From: Longimicrobiales bacterium
GTDB taxonomy: Bacteria > Gemmatimonadota > Gemmatimonadetes > Longimicrobiales > Gaopeijiaceae
Assembly (NCBI GenBank): GCA_965226375.1
Contig: CBDDCX010000007.1
Location: 1-64,000 of the forward strand
DNA: 64,000 nucleotides
Direction of reading: 5' to 3'
The translations under genes were made by a program, and so were the position numbers. The notes beneath the pieces are model-generated. The model ran no database searches, was not told the origin of the DNA, and saw only the letters and a list, made by a program, of their open reading frames with translations. Each line of letters begins with the position of its first letter. Position 1 is the first letter of the stretch. This document shows positions 39,285-49,841 of this stretch, piece by piece.

Positions 39285-40526
39285 TTGATAACCATCACCC
39301 CCGTTCCCCGCGCCCTGGTCCCCGTGGATTCCGAGGCCGCCGCTCGGATCAGCGCTCCCAACTACGACGAGTTCCAGGGCGACCACGAGATCTGGGAGGT
39401 GCTCGAGTCGAACCCGATGAGCGTGCTGCGGGTCACCATGGCGCACTGCGATACGGCCTCACCGGCCGATATCGAGTCCGGTGACACGGATACGTCGCTG
39501 GCCCGGGCCAGGGCCAACATGGTCGAGCTGATCGAGAGTGACCTGACACGTGAGGTCCGAGACGTGCTTTGGGTCTACGAGATCCAGGACCCGAGGCGAC
39601 CCGACACACCCCAGATCGGACTGGGTGGCATGGCCCGCACGGCCCAGATTCGAACCGAAGCCAACCCCGCAGGGAGCATCATTCGGAATGAGGGCATCCG
39701 CGAGCCCAAGTCCCGCGGAAGAGCCGACCTCATCGAGGCTACGGACGCCATCATCGGCACGGTGAACAACGCCGTCGACGACGCCTCTGGTGTGATCCAC
39801 GCCGCCCTGGTGGCGCAGGCCGCCTCCGTAGCACCTGACTTCGAGGTTACCGATCACCACCGGATCCGGCACCGGATCTGGATCGTGGATGATGACGGTC
39901 TCATCGGACGCTTCCGGCAACTCCTCGCGGAGGAACCCCACGCCTACGTGGCGGATGGAAATCACCGGAGTGCTGCCGCCGCCATGTTGGGGTACGACAC
40001 CTTCCTGGCGGTCTTCTTCCCCGCCGCCACCATGGGTATATACCCGTACAACCGGCTGGTCACCGACGTGGCGGATCCGGCCTCGGGACTGTCGACTGCT
40101 GTGGCGAAGAAGTTCGAGATCGGCGGCACCCTCGAGACCTGGGCATACCAACCCACCGAGACGCACAGCGTCGGGCTCTACTCCCCTGAGCAAGGATGGA
40201 TGCAGTTGCGCCCGCTCCCTGGCACGTTCGATCCTGACAACGCGGTCGAGGCGATCGACGCCGACATCGTGCAGCGGAACCTGTTCGCCGAGGTCTTCGG
40301 GATCGAGGATGCCGGCGATCCCCGGCTGACTTTCGTGGGAAGCAACAAGGACGCAACCTGGCTGCAAGCGGCCGTGGACGAAGGACGCGCGGCCTACGCC
40401 GTCACACTCCCGGCCGTAACGATGAGTCAGTTCATCGCGGTGTGCCGACAGAACCGACACATGCCGCCTAAGTCCACCTGGTTCGAGCCCAAGATCAGGA
40501 GCGGGCTCGTGATGGCGTTGCTCTAG
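39285..40526 (+). CDS. DUF1015-family protein
   Basis: APNYD, YVADGNHRSAAA, YNRLV, MPPKSTWFEPKIRSGL. Confidence 0.85.
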   Translation: MITITPVPRALVPVDSEAAARISAPNYDEFQGDHEIWEVLESNPMSVLRVTMAHCDTASPADIESGDTDTSLARARANMVELIESDLTREVRDVLWVYEIQDPRRPDTPQIGLGGMARTAQIRTEANPAGSIIRNEGIREPKSRGRADLIEATDAIIGTVNNAVDDASGVIHAALVAQAASVAPDFEVTDHHRIRHRIWIVDDDGLIGRFRQLLAEEPHAYVADGNHRSAAAAMLGYDTFLAVFFPAATMGIYPYNRLVTDVADPASGLSTAVAKKFEIGGTLETWAYQPTETHSVGLYSPEQGWMQLRPLPGTFDPDNAVEAIDADIVQRNLFAEVFGIEDAGDPRLTFVGSNKDATWLQAAVDEGRAAYAVTLPAVTMSQFIAVCRQNRHMPPKSTWFEPKIRSGLVMALL

Positions 40527-40590
40527 GCAACTCCGCGGAATCGGCGCAGGCGCCCGGGTCCTACCGGATGCTCACGCCGTCCGACGTACC

Positions 40591-41073
40591 CTACCCCACC
40601 GTAGCCCAGCACTCGATCTCGACAGCCGCTCCCAGCGCGAGCCCATCGGCACCGAACGCGGAGCGAACGGGCTTGGGTCCAGGAAAGAACTCGACGTAGA
40701 TCTCATTCATCGCCGGCCACTCGGCCATGTCGTCGATCATGATGGTGCACTTCACGATCCGGTCCATCGACGACCCGTAGCGCTCGAGAACGGCCTTGAT
40801 ATTCTCCAGTGTCTGGCGGGTCTCCGGTTGGATGCCCCCCGATATCCTCTGCCCGGTCCCGGGCACCGTCCCGAGCTGCCCCGACAGGTAGAGCATGGAG
40901 CCCACCCGGACGGCCTCCGAGAATGGGAGGCCCCGGGCCGCGAACTCCGGTGTGGACAGGTACTCGACATCAGGCCCGGCCTGGGTCGCAGCCGTGGCGT
41001 CGGGCGTAGGGGGCTGACACGCACAGAGTCCCAGCGTGACTGCGGCCGCCGCCAGAGGCGTCGATTTCACCAT
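40591..41073 (-). CDS. RidA/YjgF-family protein with lipoprotein signal
   Basis: LCA-C lipobox; PFSEAVRVG, LYLSGQLG, MNEIY, PVRS, VEIEC. Confidence 0.88.
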   Translation of the reverse strand: MVKSTPLAAAAVTLGLCACQPPTPDATAATQAGPDVEYLSTPEFAARGLPFSEAVRVGSMLYLSGQLGTVPGTGQRISGGIQPETRQTLENIKAVLERYGSSMDRIVKCTIMIDDMAEWPAMNEIYVEFFPGPKPVRSAFGADGLALGAAVEIECWATVG

Positions 41074-41164
41074 GGTCTTCTCCCGGTTGAAAGAGGCCCT
41101 GCGGCGGGCGGAGCGCCCGGCGGGCCATTGCGTACGTATTGCCGGCACCCAATGTATCAGCCTC

Positions 41165-42616
41165 ATGATGACTATCGCTCGTAGGACCTCGCTGGCATGC
41201 GGCCTACTCGCCGTCGCCTTTACGCTCGGGAGCGACCATCTCGTCGCCCAGACACCGTTGAAGACGGGCTCGGCCGAGATGCGTTTTTGGGACTGGACCA
41301 GCCTCGACTTCTCGGCCGAGGAGTACGCGGCGCGCAGGAATCGCCTCCTCGACGGACTGGCCGCATCAGGCGGGGGCATCCTGATCGTGCCCGGAGATCA
41401 CGGCACTAGCCACGGGGTGACGTTTCGGCAGCTCGACGACTTTCACTACCTGACGGGGCTCGAGGTCCCGGCCTCGCTCCTGGCTCTCGATGCGGACCGT
41501 CGGGAAGTATGGCTCTTTACGCCGCGTCGGGACGCACGGTATGAGAACCCCGGACGCCCCAACGACTTTCCCGGCCGGCCGCTGGGCGATGATCCTACCC
41601 TCGCCACGGTCTCCGGCATCGAGCAGATCGTCGACGCCGCCACGTTCGAGTCCCGCCTGGACGAGTGGACGCGTGAGGGTCGCCTGCTACGAGTGAACGG
41701 AGGGCGGCGCGGCGGCTTGCCCTCGTCCGAGACCGTAGCCCTTCCGGACTGGGACGCCCAAGATCTGCTTCTGCTCCACATACGCACGACCCGGCCGACG
41801 GCCCGCCTCGCGAACGCGTTCGAGGCGATCGCTCGGGTTCGCTCCGTGAAGGGCCCTGCCGAGATCGACGCCATGCGCCGGGTGGCCGAACTCACCATGC
41901 GTTCCATCCGCGAAGCCGCCGGATGGGTCACATCAGGAGTGGACGAACGGACCCTGGAGGGTCACTTCCAGCTCGCCTGTAAGCGGGGCGGCTCACAACG
42001 CGTGCCCTTCCACCCGATCGTGAAGTCGGGTCCCAACTCCCTGAGACCCTGGAGGGTGCTCACGGCTCATTACGACCGGCGCAACAGGCGCATGGAGAAC
42101 GGGGACCTGGTCATATTCGACGTCGGCTGCGAGCTGGACCACTTCGTGAGCGACGTGGGTCGAACGTTTCCCGTGTCCGGCCGCTTCAGCGCCGAGCAGC
42201 GGCGGGCCTTGGAGCTGAGCACGTCCGTGTCGGACGCCATAATCGCGGCGGTCCGTCCCGGCATCACACTGCTCGATCTACAGGAAGTGGCGGACACCAG
42301 CATCCCGAACGATCAGAGGAAATACATGCAGACTGGCCTCTACTTCGGGCATCACATCGGGCTCTCCACGGGAACACCGGTCCTGACGGACGAGCCGTTG
42401 CAGCCCGGCATGATCTTCACCGTGGAGCCCTGGTACTACAACCACGACGATCAGATCTCGGTCTTTGTCGAAGACGTGGTTCTGGTCACCGAGACGGGCG
42501 TCGAAGTGCTGTCCGACGACCTGCCGCCCAGCGCCGAGGAGTTGGAGAAGCTCGTCCCGGGCCGGTACCGTCGAACTGCTGCCACCGAGTCGGCCAAGAG
42601 CGCCCAGGTCGACTAG
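41165..42616 (+). CDS. Exported Xaa-Pro aminopeptidase (M24)
   Basis: FRQLDDFHYLTG, IFDVGC...SDVGRTFP, GHHIGL, FTVEP, VEDVVLVT. Confidence 0.9.
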   Translation: MMTIARRTSLACGLLAVAFTLGSDHLVAQTPLKTGSAEMRFWDWTSLDFSAEEYAARRNRLLDGLAASGGGILIVPGDHGTSHGVTFRQLDDFHYLTGLEVPASLLALDADRREVWLFTPRRDARYENPGRPNDFPGRPLGDDPTLATVSGIEQIVDAATFESRLDEWTREGRLLRVNGGRRGGLPSSETVALPDWDAQDLLLLHIRTTRPTARLANAFEAIARVRSVKGPAEIDAMRRVAELTMRSIREAAGWVTSGVDERTLEGHFQLACKRGGSQRVPFHPIVKSGPNSLRPWRVLTAHYDRRNRRMENGDLVIFDVGCELDHFVSDVGRTFPVSGRFSAEQRRALELSTSVSDAIIAAVRPGITLLDLQEVADTSIPNDQRKYMQTGLYFGHHIGLSTGTPVLTDEPLQPGMIFTVEPWYYNHDDQISVFVEDVVLVTETGVEVLSDDLPPSAEELEKLVPGRYRRTAATESAKSAQVD

Positions 42617-42658
42617 GGGCCGTCGGTCCCGCAGGCATGCGGCCAAGCCGCCGCCGCC

Positions 42659-44755
42659 TCAGCGCCCCTGGGGCTGACCGTCCTCCGTTGACGGAATATC
42701 CAACGGGATCTCGATGTCTTCGTCCCAGATGTACTTCAAGAACCACTGCCAGTTGTGCCATAGCCCTCCCAAGCGCTGCTTGAGAGGACCCACACCGTGG
42801 GTCCGGCCCGGATAGATCACGAAGCGGTTCTCCACGCCCAAGTCCTGGAGAGCGTGTTGGAGCTCGTAGGCGTTCAGAACCGTCACGACCGGATCACCAT
42901 CCACATGCTGAATCAGCGTCGGTGTCGATGCGTTGTTGATGTAGGTGATGGGCGACGCCACGGCATACGCATAGGCATCTTCCCAAGGCGCGGCATCGAA
43001 GGAATAGAAACGAGTGGTGTAGCTGCCTGGCTCCCAAGCATAGTGCGTCCGCCAATCCGTGATGCCGGCTCCCACCGACACAGCCTTGAACGCTTTGCTT
43101 GTTGCCGTGAGGTAGGCGGAGATGAACCCGCCGTAGCTCCACCCCATCACACCCACGCGGTCACCGTCCACCAATCCCTCGGCCACCAGATGCGCCACCC
43201 CAGCCTCCACGTCGCCCGCGTCACCCCAGCCCACACCGCGGTGGTGCAACTGGCGGAACTCGCCACCCCACCCCGTGGAGCCCCGATAGTTCGGCTGGAG
43301 TACCAGGGCGCCCTTCCGGAGGAAGTGGGTGACCGGGTACACGCCCGACGAGGTCAACGTCAGTCCCGGGCGGGACACCGCGCGAGGACCACCGTGCACC
43401 ACTACCAACAGCGGATACCGCATGCCGGGCTCGTAGCCGTCCGGCTTGTGCAGGATGCCCTCGATGGGCACTCCGCCGGGCCCGGTCCAGGAGACCACCT
43501 CGCGGGAGCCCAGTTGCCAGCCCTGCACTTGGTCGGTCATGTCGGTGAGCGATCGTGGGTCGAACACGGCAAGGTCGGACCGATAGATCTCACCTAGGCG
43601 GGTGGGAGTCTGCGCGGAAAACGCCACCGTAGATCCGTCGGCCGAGACGCTCGCCTGGCCGACCAGCAGCGGTGTCTCACTGATTTGGGTGATCTCAGCG
43701 TCGGTCACGTCCACCCGGAAGAGATGGCTCTGCACACCTCGGAGCGCGGTCAGCCAGATACCATCCTCCGTCCAGGCCACCGGGTTGGGCTCGGTAGGGA
43801 GGTCGCCGGTCAGCACACGAAGCGTTCCGCCGTGGGCGGGCACCACCGTCAACTCCATGGGCAGGTTGGTGATGCTGTCCGAGAGGGTGGAGAGGAACGC
43901 GACACTCCGGCCGTCGGGTGACCACATCGGCCGCCTGTCCGGTCCGGCCTCGGATACGAGCGGCCGGGTCCGGCCACTCGCCACGTCCACCACCGACAGG
44001 TCGGCCTTCCACCAGGAGTTCCGACCCGGATCCATAAGGTGCACAAAAGCGATCTCCGACCCGTCGGGGGACCAGGCCAGCTCGGTGACCGTGAAGTCCC
44101 CGCTGGTGAGTCGCCTCGGCGGACCGTCACCGGTCATGGACGTCACCCACAGCTGCGAGCGCCGTGACTCCTCGTCGCGGAAGTTGAATGGCCCATATAG
44201 CTCCTGCTCCCGGCGATCCCTTTCGGACAGGGGCTCCCGGGCAAGAACAGCGACGGCGCTCCCATCTGGAGAAAAGCGGTAGGTACCGGCCCCCGGGACG
44301 CCTAGCTCCACCGTGCGGCTGCTCCCGCCATCCGGGGAGAGCAGCTTGAGGGCAGGTGTGTCGCCAGAGGCACGGCAGGCCAGCCATCGGCCGTCGGGAG
44401 TCCACTGGACCGAACTACGGCACCCGTCCGCCTCCGTCGCGATGCGCACCGGGGTCTCGTCACCCTCGGCGATCCAGAGTTCCGATACGGATCGATTCTG
44501 CTCCCAATCCGGGATGCGGAGCGTGTAGGCCACCCACTGTCCATCGGGACTGATGGCGGGGCTGCCGACCGACCGAAGGCTCAGCATGTCTCTGAAGGTG
44601 GGTCCGGCCGGCAGGCCGGGGTCGACGGCAACCGTCGCGCCCGATTGGGCCGCCAGGGGAACCGCCGTTGAAACCCAAGCAAGGGTCAGGACCAGAAGGG
44701 CCAGAAGCCGTCCACCGGTGGATGCCGGCAACGTTGGACACTTGGAATAGCTCAT
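42659..44755 (-). CDS. S9-family (prolyl oligopeptidase/acylaminoacyl) peptidase
   Basis: SPDG propeller repeats, VHGGP, NYRGSTGWG, GWSYGG, catalytic Asp and His regions. Confidence 0.93.
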   Translation of the reverse strand: MSYSKCPTLPASTGGRLLALLVLTLAWVSTAVPLAAQSGATVAVDPGLPAGPTFRDMLSLRSVGSPAISPDGQWVAYTLRIPDWEQNRSVSELWIAEGDETPVRIATEADGCRSSVQWTPDGRWLACRASGDTPALKLLSPDGGSSRTVELGVPGAGTYRFSPDGSAVAVLAREPLSERDRREQELYGPFNFRDEESRRSQLWVTSMTGDGPPRRLTSGDFTVTELAWSPDGSEIAFVHLMDPGRNSWWKADLSVVDVASGRTRPLVSEAGPDRRPMWSPDGRSVAFLSTLSDSITNLPMELTVVPAHGGTLRVLTGDLPTEPNPVAWTEDGIWLTALRGVQSHLFRVDVTDAEITQISETPLLVGQASVSADGSTVAFSAQTPTRLGEIYRSDLAVFDPRSLTDMTDQVQGWQLGSREVVSWTGPGGVPIEGILHKPDGYEPGMRYPLLVVVHGGPRAVSRPGLTLTSSGVYPVTHFLRKGALVLQPNYRGSTGWGGEFRQLHHRGVGWGDAGDVEAGVAHLVAEGLVDGDRVGVMGWSYGGFISAYLTATSKAFKAVSVGAGITDWRTHYAWEPGSYTTRFYSFDAAPWEDAYAYAVASPITYINNASTPTLIQHVDGDPVVTVLNAYELQHALQDLGVENRFVIYPGRTHGVGPLKQRLGGLWHNWQWFLKYIWDEDIEIPLDIPSTEDGQPQGR

Positions 44756-46119
44756 TGAATAACTCGCCTTAAGACAAGGTGGCCGCTGCCCACATCGAGG
44801 TGGAGCTCCGCGGCGCGGCTGCCGTCCATGACGAACATGTATCGGAGCGTGCCCCGCCCGAAGGTGGTCCTCTCGATGTGCCGGATCACATTCGGATCTC
44901 CGTTCCCCGCAGCAGTGAGTTCCCCGTCTTCGTTGACCGCGATGGTTTGCGTCATCCTGCGCCCGAGCGTCGGCCCTTCGTACGAGCCCACCAAAGCGGA
45001 CAGGTCGTCCCGGTACTCGCTCTCCGCCGGCTCCCGCCTGCCGAGCAGATGCTCCCCGATGCGGTCAGTGGACCAGGCGGGCCCTGGAGGGCCGGCGGTG
45101 TTGAACAGCACCACGATGGACACGTCTTGATCCGGGTAGTACCGACTGTGGGATGTGTAGCCGGGGATCCCGCCGCCGTGCTGCAGGACCCGTCCCGAGG
45201 GGGTCGTCAGGTGAGCGATCCCCATGGCGTAGCGCGGTGTCATCCCGTGGGGAAGCGGCCTCGGGGTAATCAGCATTCGGTAGGCTTCCGGCGAGAGGAC
45301 CTTCTCCGTGTGCAGGGCTCGAAGCCAGGTCAGTTGATCTCTGACGGTGGAGCACAAGGAGCCGGCAGCGTAAGGCCACGTATGGTCGATGTACTGCTTC
45401 CGTCGTAGACCGTCGGGACGAGCATCGTATCCATGCGCCCGGTTCTTGCGGATCGCGGTGGAGCTGCAGTACGAGGAGTCACCCATATCGAACGGTCCGA
45501 ATATCTGCTCCTGGAGATATTCCTCGTATGGCTGCCCCGAGACTTCCTCGATGATGAGTCCCAGAAGGAAGTATCCCGAGTTGTTGTAGATCAGGGCCTC
45601 GCCGGGAGCGAAGTCGAATGGGGCCGCGCCGATCAGCGACACCAGCGTATCGCGGGGGTGCTCCTCGGCCACGATCGCCTCGAAGCTGTCCATCGAGGTG
45701 TAGCTCTTGATTCCGGAGGTGTGGTCGAAGAGGCGACGGACCGGAATGGCATGGCCCTGCGTGTCCAGATCCGGAAGGTAGTCGGTGACGTCCGCGTCGA
45801 GGTCGACCTTCCCCTCCTCCCACAACTTGAGCATCGCCACCGACGTGAATTGCTTGGTGATCGATCCGATCTCGTGGACGGCGTCCTCGGTCATGGGGAT
45901 GTCGAACTCGAGGTCCGCGTACCCGTAGGTCTCGAACAGGAGCGTCTCGGCTCCCCGCATTACGCCGACGCTGATGCCCGCCACACGGGCCGAGTCGACG
46001 AGGTTGGCGGCTATGGAGTCGACGAACGCGGCGAGGTCCTGTTCCTGTGCCTGAAGCGCCGCCGGGGCGAGCAGGAGTGTCGCGGCTACGGCACAGAGGC
46101 TCTTGGATCGGAGTGTCAT
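44752..46119 (-). CDS. Beta-lactamase-family serine hydrolase
   Basis: SITK, YNN, HGG motifs; signal peptide. Confidence 0.92.
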   Translation of the reverse strand: MTLRSKSLCAVAATLLLAPAALQAQEQDLAAFVDSIAANLVDSARVAGISVGVMRGAETLLFETYGYADLEFDIPMTEDAVHEIGSITKQFTSVAMLKLWEEGKVDLDADVTDYLPDLDTQGHAIPVRRLFDHTSGIKSYTSMDSFEAIVAEEHPRDTLVSLIGAAPFDFAPGEALIYNNSGYFLLGLIIEEVSGQPYEEYLQEQIFGPFDMGDSSYCSSTAIRKNRAHGYDARPDGLRRKQYIDHTWPYAAGSLCSTVRDQLTWLRALHTEKVLSPEAYRMLITPRPLPHGMTPRYAMGIAHLTTPSGRVLQHGGGIPGYTSHSRYYPDQDVSIVVLFNTAGPPGPAWSTDRIGEHLLGRREPAESEYRDDLSALVGSYEGPTLGRRMTQTIAVNEDGELTAAGNGDPNVIRHIERTTFGRGTLRYMFVMDGSRAAELHLDVGSGHLVLRRVIQ

Positions 46120-46192
46120 CGAGATCTCGGTCCGAGAAGGTTGGTAGGCTCAAGTGTGCAATGGACTTACAGCTGAGACGATGCGCCCACGC

Positions 46193-47434
46193 TCAGCGTC
46201 CGTGCGGCCGGAGCTGGTCCCAGTTCAGGGCGTTGTACTTCCGGAGAACCTCCAGCGTTTCCTCGATGGGGATGGCCTGGAGGGTCCCACGAGAGCTCGT
46301 GACGGTGGTCGCCTTGAACATGGCGTTGTAGATGGCCTCTTCAGTGGCCTCTGCAGCGGCGGCGAAGAGCGGTGACATCTGGGCATTGAGGAGAGATTCT
46401 CCAGGCCAGGGCTTGCGATTGGACCGGACTCGCCGCACTTCGGCTGCGGTGGAAAACGCGATCACGTAATCCCCGGAGCTGTTCGACGCGTACGATCCGG
46501 TGCGAGCGAGTCCCATGATGACCCGTCTCGACAGGCGCTCCAGGTTCATCGGAGTCAACGGTGCGTCGGTGGCCACCACCATCATGATGGAGCCGCCGTC
46601 GTGTGGGGACAGGTCGGCGCCACCCTCCGCAGCCTCGTCCCCACCCCCCGAGTCCCCCGCTCCACCTTCCAGCAACCCGCTGTACGGGTAGTTACCAAGC
46701 TCCCGTCCAACCGGCGCCCCGTTCATGCTGAGCACGCCACCGAAGTTCGTCTGCACTAGGATCCCCACAGTGTATCCACCCAACTCTTCCGGAAGCACCC
46801 GCGAGCTCGTGCCGATGCCACCCTTCCACGCGAACGCCTGCGAGCCGGTGCCACCCCCCACACTCCCCTCCGCGACCGGTCCGCTCGCCGCATTGTCCAG
46901 AGCCTCAGCCACGTGCTCGTAGGTGATCGGATCGGCCCACATGTCGTTCACCCGGCTGTCGTTTACCTCGCCGACGATCGGGTTGATGGTGTGCTGTGAC
47001 TCGCCCGGGCGGTGGAGCAGATAGTCGGCCAAAGCCTCGGCCGCGTTCCAGACGCACAGGGTGCACACCAGGAGGATGGGTGTCTCGATCTCACCGAATT
47101 CTCTGACCTGGGTCTCGCCGATGAGCTTGCCGTAGCCGTTGCCCTGATGGATCCACCCGGGGACGGGCTCTCGGTAGAGATCGCCCGGAGCCGGAATAAT
47201 GGCGGTGACGCCGGTCCGGATCGTCTCTCCTTCGATGACGGTCGAATGCCCTACCAGAACACCGTCGACGTCGGTGATGGCATTGTGCTGACCCGGCTCG
47301 AAGATGCCGACGACGAGTCCGGCCTCACGGGCACGGGGACGTTCCTGGCTCTCGGCCTTGTCGGCATCGAGCCCTGACCCGGCAAGCAAGAGGACGACCA
47401 GCGAGATCCGAACCGACCGTGCTCCGACACCCAT
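46193..47434 (-). CDS. P1/DmpA-family (S58) aminopeptidase
   Basis: NAITDVDGVLVGH, GNGYGK, KGGIGTSSR, GSIMMVVATDAPL, SGDY, EATEEAIYN. Confidence 0.92.
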   Translation of the reverse strand: MGVGARSVRISLVVLLLAGSGLDADKAESQERPRAREAGLVVGIFEPGQHNAITDVDGVLVGHSTVIEGETIRTGVTAIIPAPGDLYREPVPGWIHQGNGYGKLIGETQVREFGEIETPILLVCTLCVWNAAEALADYLLHRPGESQHTINPIVGEVNDSRVNDMWADPITYEHVAEALDNAASGPVAEGSVGGGTGSQAFAWKGGIGTSSRVLPEELGGYTVGILVQTNFGGVLSMNGAPVGRELGNYPYSGLLEGGAGDSGGGDEAAEGGADLSPHDGGSIMMVVATDAPLTPMNLERLSRRVIMGLARTGSYASNSSGDYVIAFSTAAEVRRVRSNRKPWPGESLLNAQMSPLFAAAAEATEEAIYNAMFKATTVTSSRGTLQAIPIEETLEVLRKYNALNWDQLRPHGR

Positions 47435-47521
47435 GGCGCCCTCCCGAATTTCCGGGGCGGCTCAGCGTGTGCCGCCCGAAGACCGGAACATGCCCAAGGC
47501 GCACGGGCAGGGCAAACACCT

Positions 47522-48121
47522 TCAGGAGCCGTTCGGGATGTCGGTGTCGGCGGGCTCGCCGTCTGATGCTTCTGCGTCGCCCTCTTCGCGCACATCGCCG
47601 GTCGGCTCGTCCCTCATGAAGGCCTCGGCGTCGAAGTGCCCCAGCTGGAGGGCAGCTGTGATCGGATCGATGAACTCCGTCTCGGGTTCGATCGTCTCCG
47701 GTGCAGCAGGGGCTACGCCGAGTTCATCCGCGCCATCCCCCGGATCGCCGGCGCCCTCCTCCCCCCCAGCGTCTCTCTCCTTCGGAGTCGATCCGCCGAC
47801 CCCGTACGTGATGGACGCGTAGAGTCGCGAACCCGACGACTCTTCCCGTGCCTGGCCCAACGAGCGAAGCTGGAAGAGGTGTGTCGTGGTAGAGAAGATG
47901 ACGAGCGCGACGGTCGCCATCCTTACCGTGGCTGAAACGCTTACGGGAAACACCCCCGGCACCGTGGTCGCCATGAGGGCCATACCTGCCAGCCCCTCGA
48001 CGAGCGTGAGTAGTGCAACGCCGGCGCCACGGCGCGTCGTAGCGCGCCCCTTCAGGCCCGCCGAGACGAGCGCGAAGGCGCCAAAAACGAAGAGAAGGCC
48101 CCGAAGCGGAAGTTCACCCAT
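47522..48121 (-). CDS. Membrane protein with acidic C-terminal tail (alternative start 48166)
   Basis: Three hydrophobic segments; start codon duplicated by the 45-bp repeat. Confidence 0.6.
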   Translation of the reverse strand: MGELPLRGLLFVFGAFALVSAGLKGRATTRRGAGVALLTLVEGLAGMALMATTVPGVFPVSVSATVRMATVALVIFSTTTHLFQLRSLGQAREESSGSRLYASITYGVGGSTPKERDAGGEEGAGDPGDGADELGVAPAAPETIEPETEFIDPITAALQLGHFDAEAFMRDEPTGDVREEGDAEASDGEPADTDIPNGS

Positions 48122-48195
48122 GTCAGCAAGTTGGCCTAACGTGTGATCAGGCGGAAGTTCACCCATGTCAGCAAGTTGGCCTAACGTGTGATCAG
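48106..48195. repeat. Perfect 45-bp tandem duplication across a gene junction
   Basis: GCGGAAGTTCACCCATGTCAGCAAGTTGGCCTAACGTGTGATCAG at 48106-48150 and 48151-48195. Confidence 0.97.
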
Positions 48196-49356
48196 CAGGA
48201 TTCGGTCGTCGGCCTGATCGGGGCGGCCACGACCGTCGCGATTACTCGTAGCCAGATACACCTCGCCGCCCGGACCGACCAGAACGTCACGAAGCCGCCC
48301 AAACTCCCCCCGATATAGGGCCTCACGGCCCACCGCCCGTCGCCCATCCGCAGACAGCTCGATGCGGTACAGCGTTGCTCCGGTAAGCGAGGTGGCAAGC
48401 AGGCTCCCATTCCATTCGGGAATGAGATCGCCGTCGTAGTAATCCAATCCGGAAATCCCTATGGTCGGTGTCCACGCTTCGAGAGGCTCCACCACGTCGT
48501 TGGCGGAGCAAAAGGCCTCCTCCCCAGAGGTGTCTCCATCGCAGAAGCCGTGAACGGCAGGCCATCCGAAGTTGCCGCCCCTCACGATCCGGCTGACCTC
48601 GTCGTTGTCGCTGGGACCGTGTTCGGCCACGTAGAGATATCCCGTACCCGGGTGGAAGACGATGCCCTGGGGGTTCCGGTGGCCAAACGAGTAGACCAGC
48701 GAGTTGAACGGATTGTCCGGCGCTGGCCTCCCGTCGAGCGTGACACGGAGCACCTTGCCCGCCAACGACTCCAGGTCCTGGGACAGGTTCGTCCGCCCCG
48801 CATCACCCATGGTCATGTAGAGGTAGCCGTCGGGGCCTACCGCCAGGCGCGACCCATTGTGGTTGCCCCGACCCGGAATATCGTCGATCAAGATCTCCGG
48901 CGGACCCAGCCCAGTGCCGTCGTACCGCACTCGAATCAGGCGATTCCTGACGGAGCTCCCGTCACGATAGGAATGGGCGAGGTACAGGTAGGGCTGATCG
49001 GTGAAATCGGGGTGGAAGGCCATGCCCATCAGCCCGCTCTCTCCCTGCTCCAGCACATCGACCTCACCCACGAGCGTGACCGTACCGGTGCTCGGGTCGA
49101 CGCGGGATACGAGGCCGGGCCGTTCGGTCACCCAGATCGATCCGTCGGGTCCCCAAGCCAAATCCCAAGGCGTATCCAGCCCGGACACGAGGGTCTCGAC
49201 TCGCAGTGGCGAGGTCGTGACCACGGTAGTGGTGGGAGTCTCGCTAGACGTAGTGCACAACGCCAAGGTCGCGCCGGCGAGGCCCGCCACAAAGACGGTG
49301 CGGACCACAGTCCTGAACGAGGCGATCCCGGGGGTCGGGTCTTTGGATTCCGGCAT
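48181..49356 (-). CDS. PQQ-dependent sugar dehydrogenase (glucose/sorbosone type)
   Basis: GLDTPWDLAW, GLMGMAFHPDF, HNGSRL, GHRNPQG, NFGWP, GRLRDV. Confidence 0.92.
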   Translation of the reverse strand: MPESKDPTPGIASFRTVVRTVFVAGLAGATLALCTTSSETPTTTVVTTSPLRVETLVSGLDTPWDLAWGPDGSIWVTERPGLVSRVDPSTGTVTLVGEVDVLEQGESGLMGMAFHPDFTDQPYLYLAHSYRDGSSVRNRLIRVRYDGTGLGPPEILIDDIPGRGNHNGSRLAVGPDGYLYMTMGDAGRTNLSQDLESLAGKVLRVTLDGRPAPDNPFNSLVYSFGHRNPQGIVFHPGTGYLYVAEHGPSDNDEVSRIVRGGNFGWPAVHGFCDGDTSGEEAFCSANDVVEPLEAWTPTIGISGLDYYDGDLIPEWNGSLLATSLTGATLYRIELSADGRRAVGREALYRGEFGRLRDVLVGPGGEVYLATSNRDGRGRPDQADDRILLITR

Positions 49357-49547
49357 AGCTCGCTCCTCTTCGGTCGGCGGGTGCTGCCCTGGATTAATCG
49401 CCCGTCCCGACAATGCTGGCAATGGGCGCATCGCTCTTCCTGTCCCGGATATACGCTGGCAATCGGCACTGTATTTCGGGGACAGAACGCTAGCTCGAAG
49501 CCCTACGGCTTGCCGTCTCCCCGCCGGAGGCCGCAGACTACCGGACC

Positions 49548-49841
49548 ATGACCCCAGACCCTTCCCCCGACACCAGCGCAGCCCCCACGGCCTATTGGCG
49601 CCGTAACCTCACGTACGTCGCGGCACTCCTGGCCATCTGGTTCCTGGTCTCCTACGGGGCTGGGATCCTGTTCGTCGAGCAGCTCAACACCATCCGTATT
49701 CCAGGCACCGGCTTTCCGCTGGGCTTCTGGTTCGCGCAACAGGGCTCCATCTACGTCTTCGTCGTCCTGATCTTCGTGTACGTGGTTCTCATGAACCGCC
49801 TGGATCGGAAATACGGGCTCGACGAGGATGGAGATCGATGA
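49548..49841 (+). CDS. DUF4212 small subunit of a sodium:solute symporter
   Basis: YWRRNL, GFPLGFWFAQQGSIYVF; ATGA-coupled to the symporter. Confidence 0.9.
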   Translation: MTPDPSPDTSAAPTAYWRRNLTYVAALLAIWFLVSYGAGILFVEQLNTIRIPGTGFPLGFWFAQQGSIYVFVVLIFVYVVLMNRLDRKYGLDEDGDR

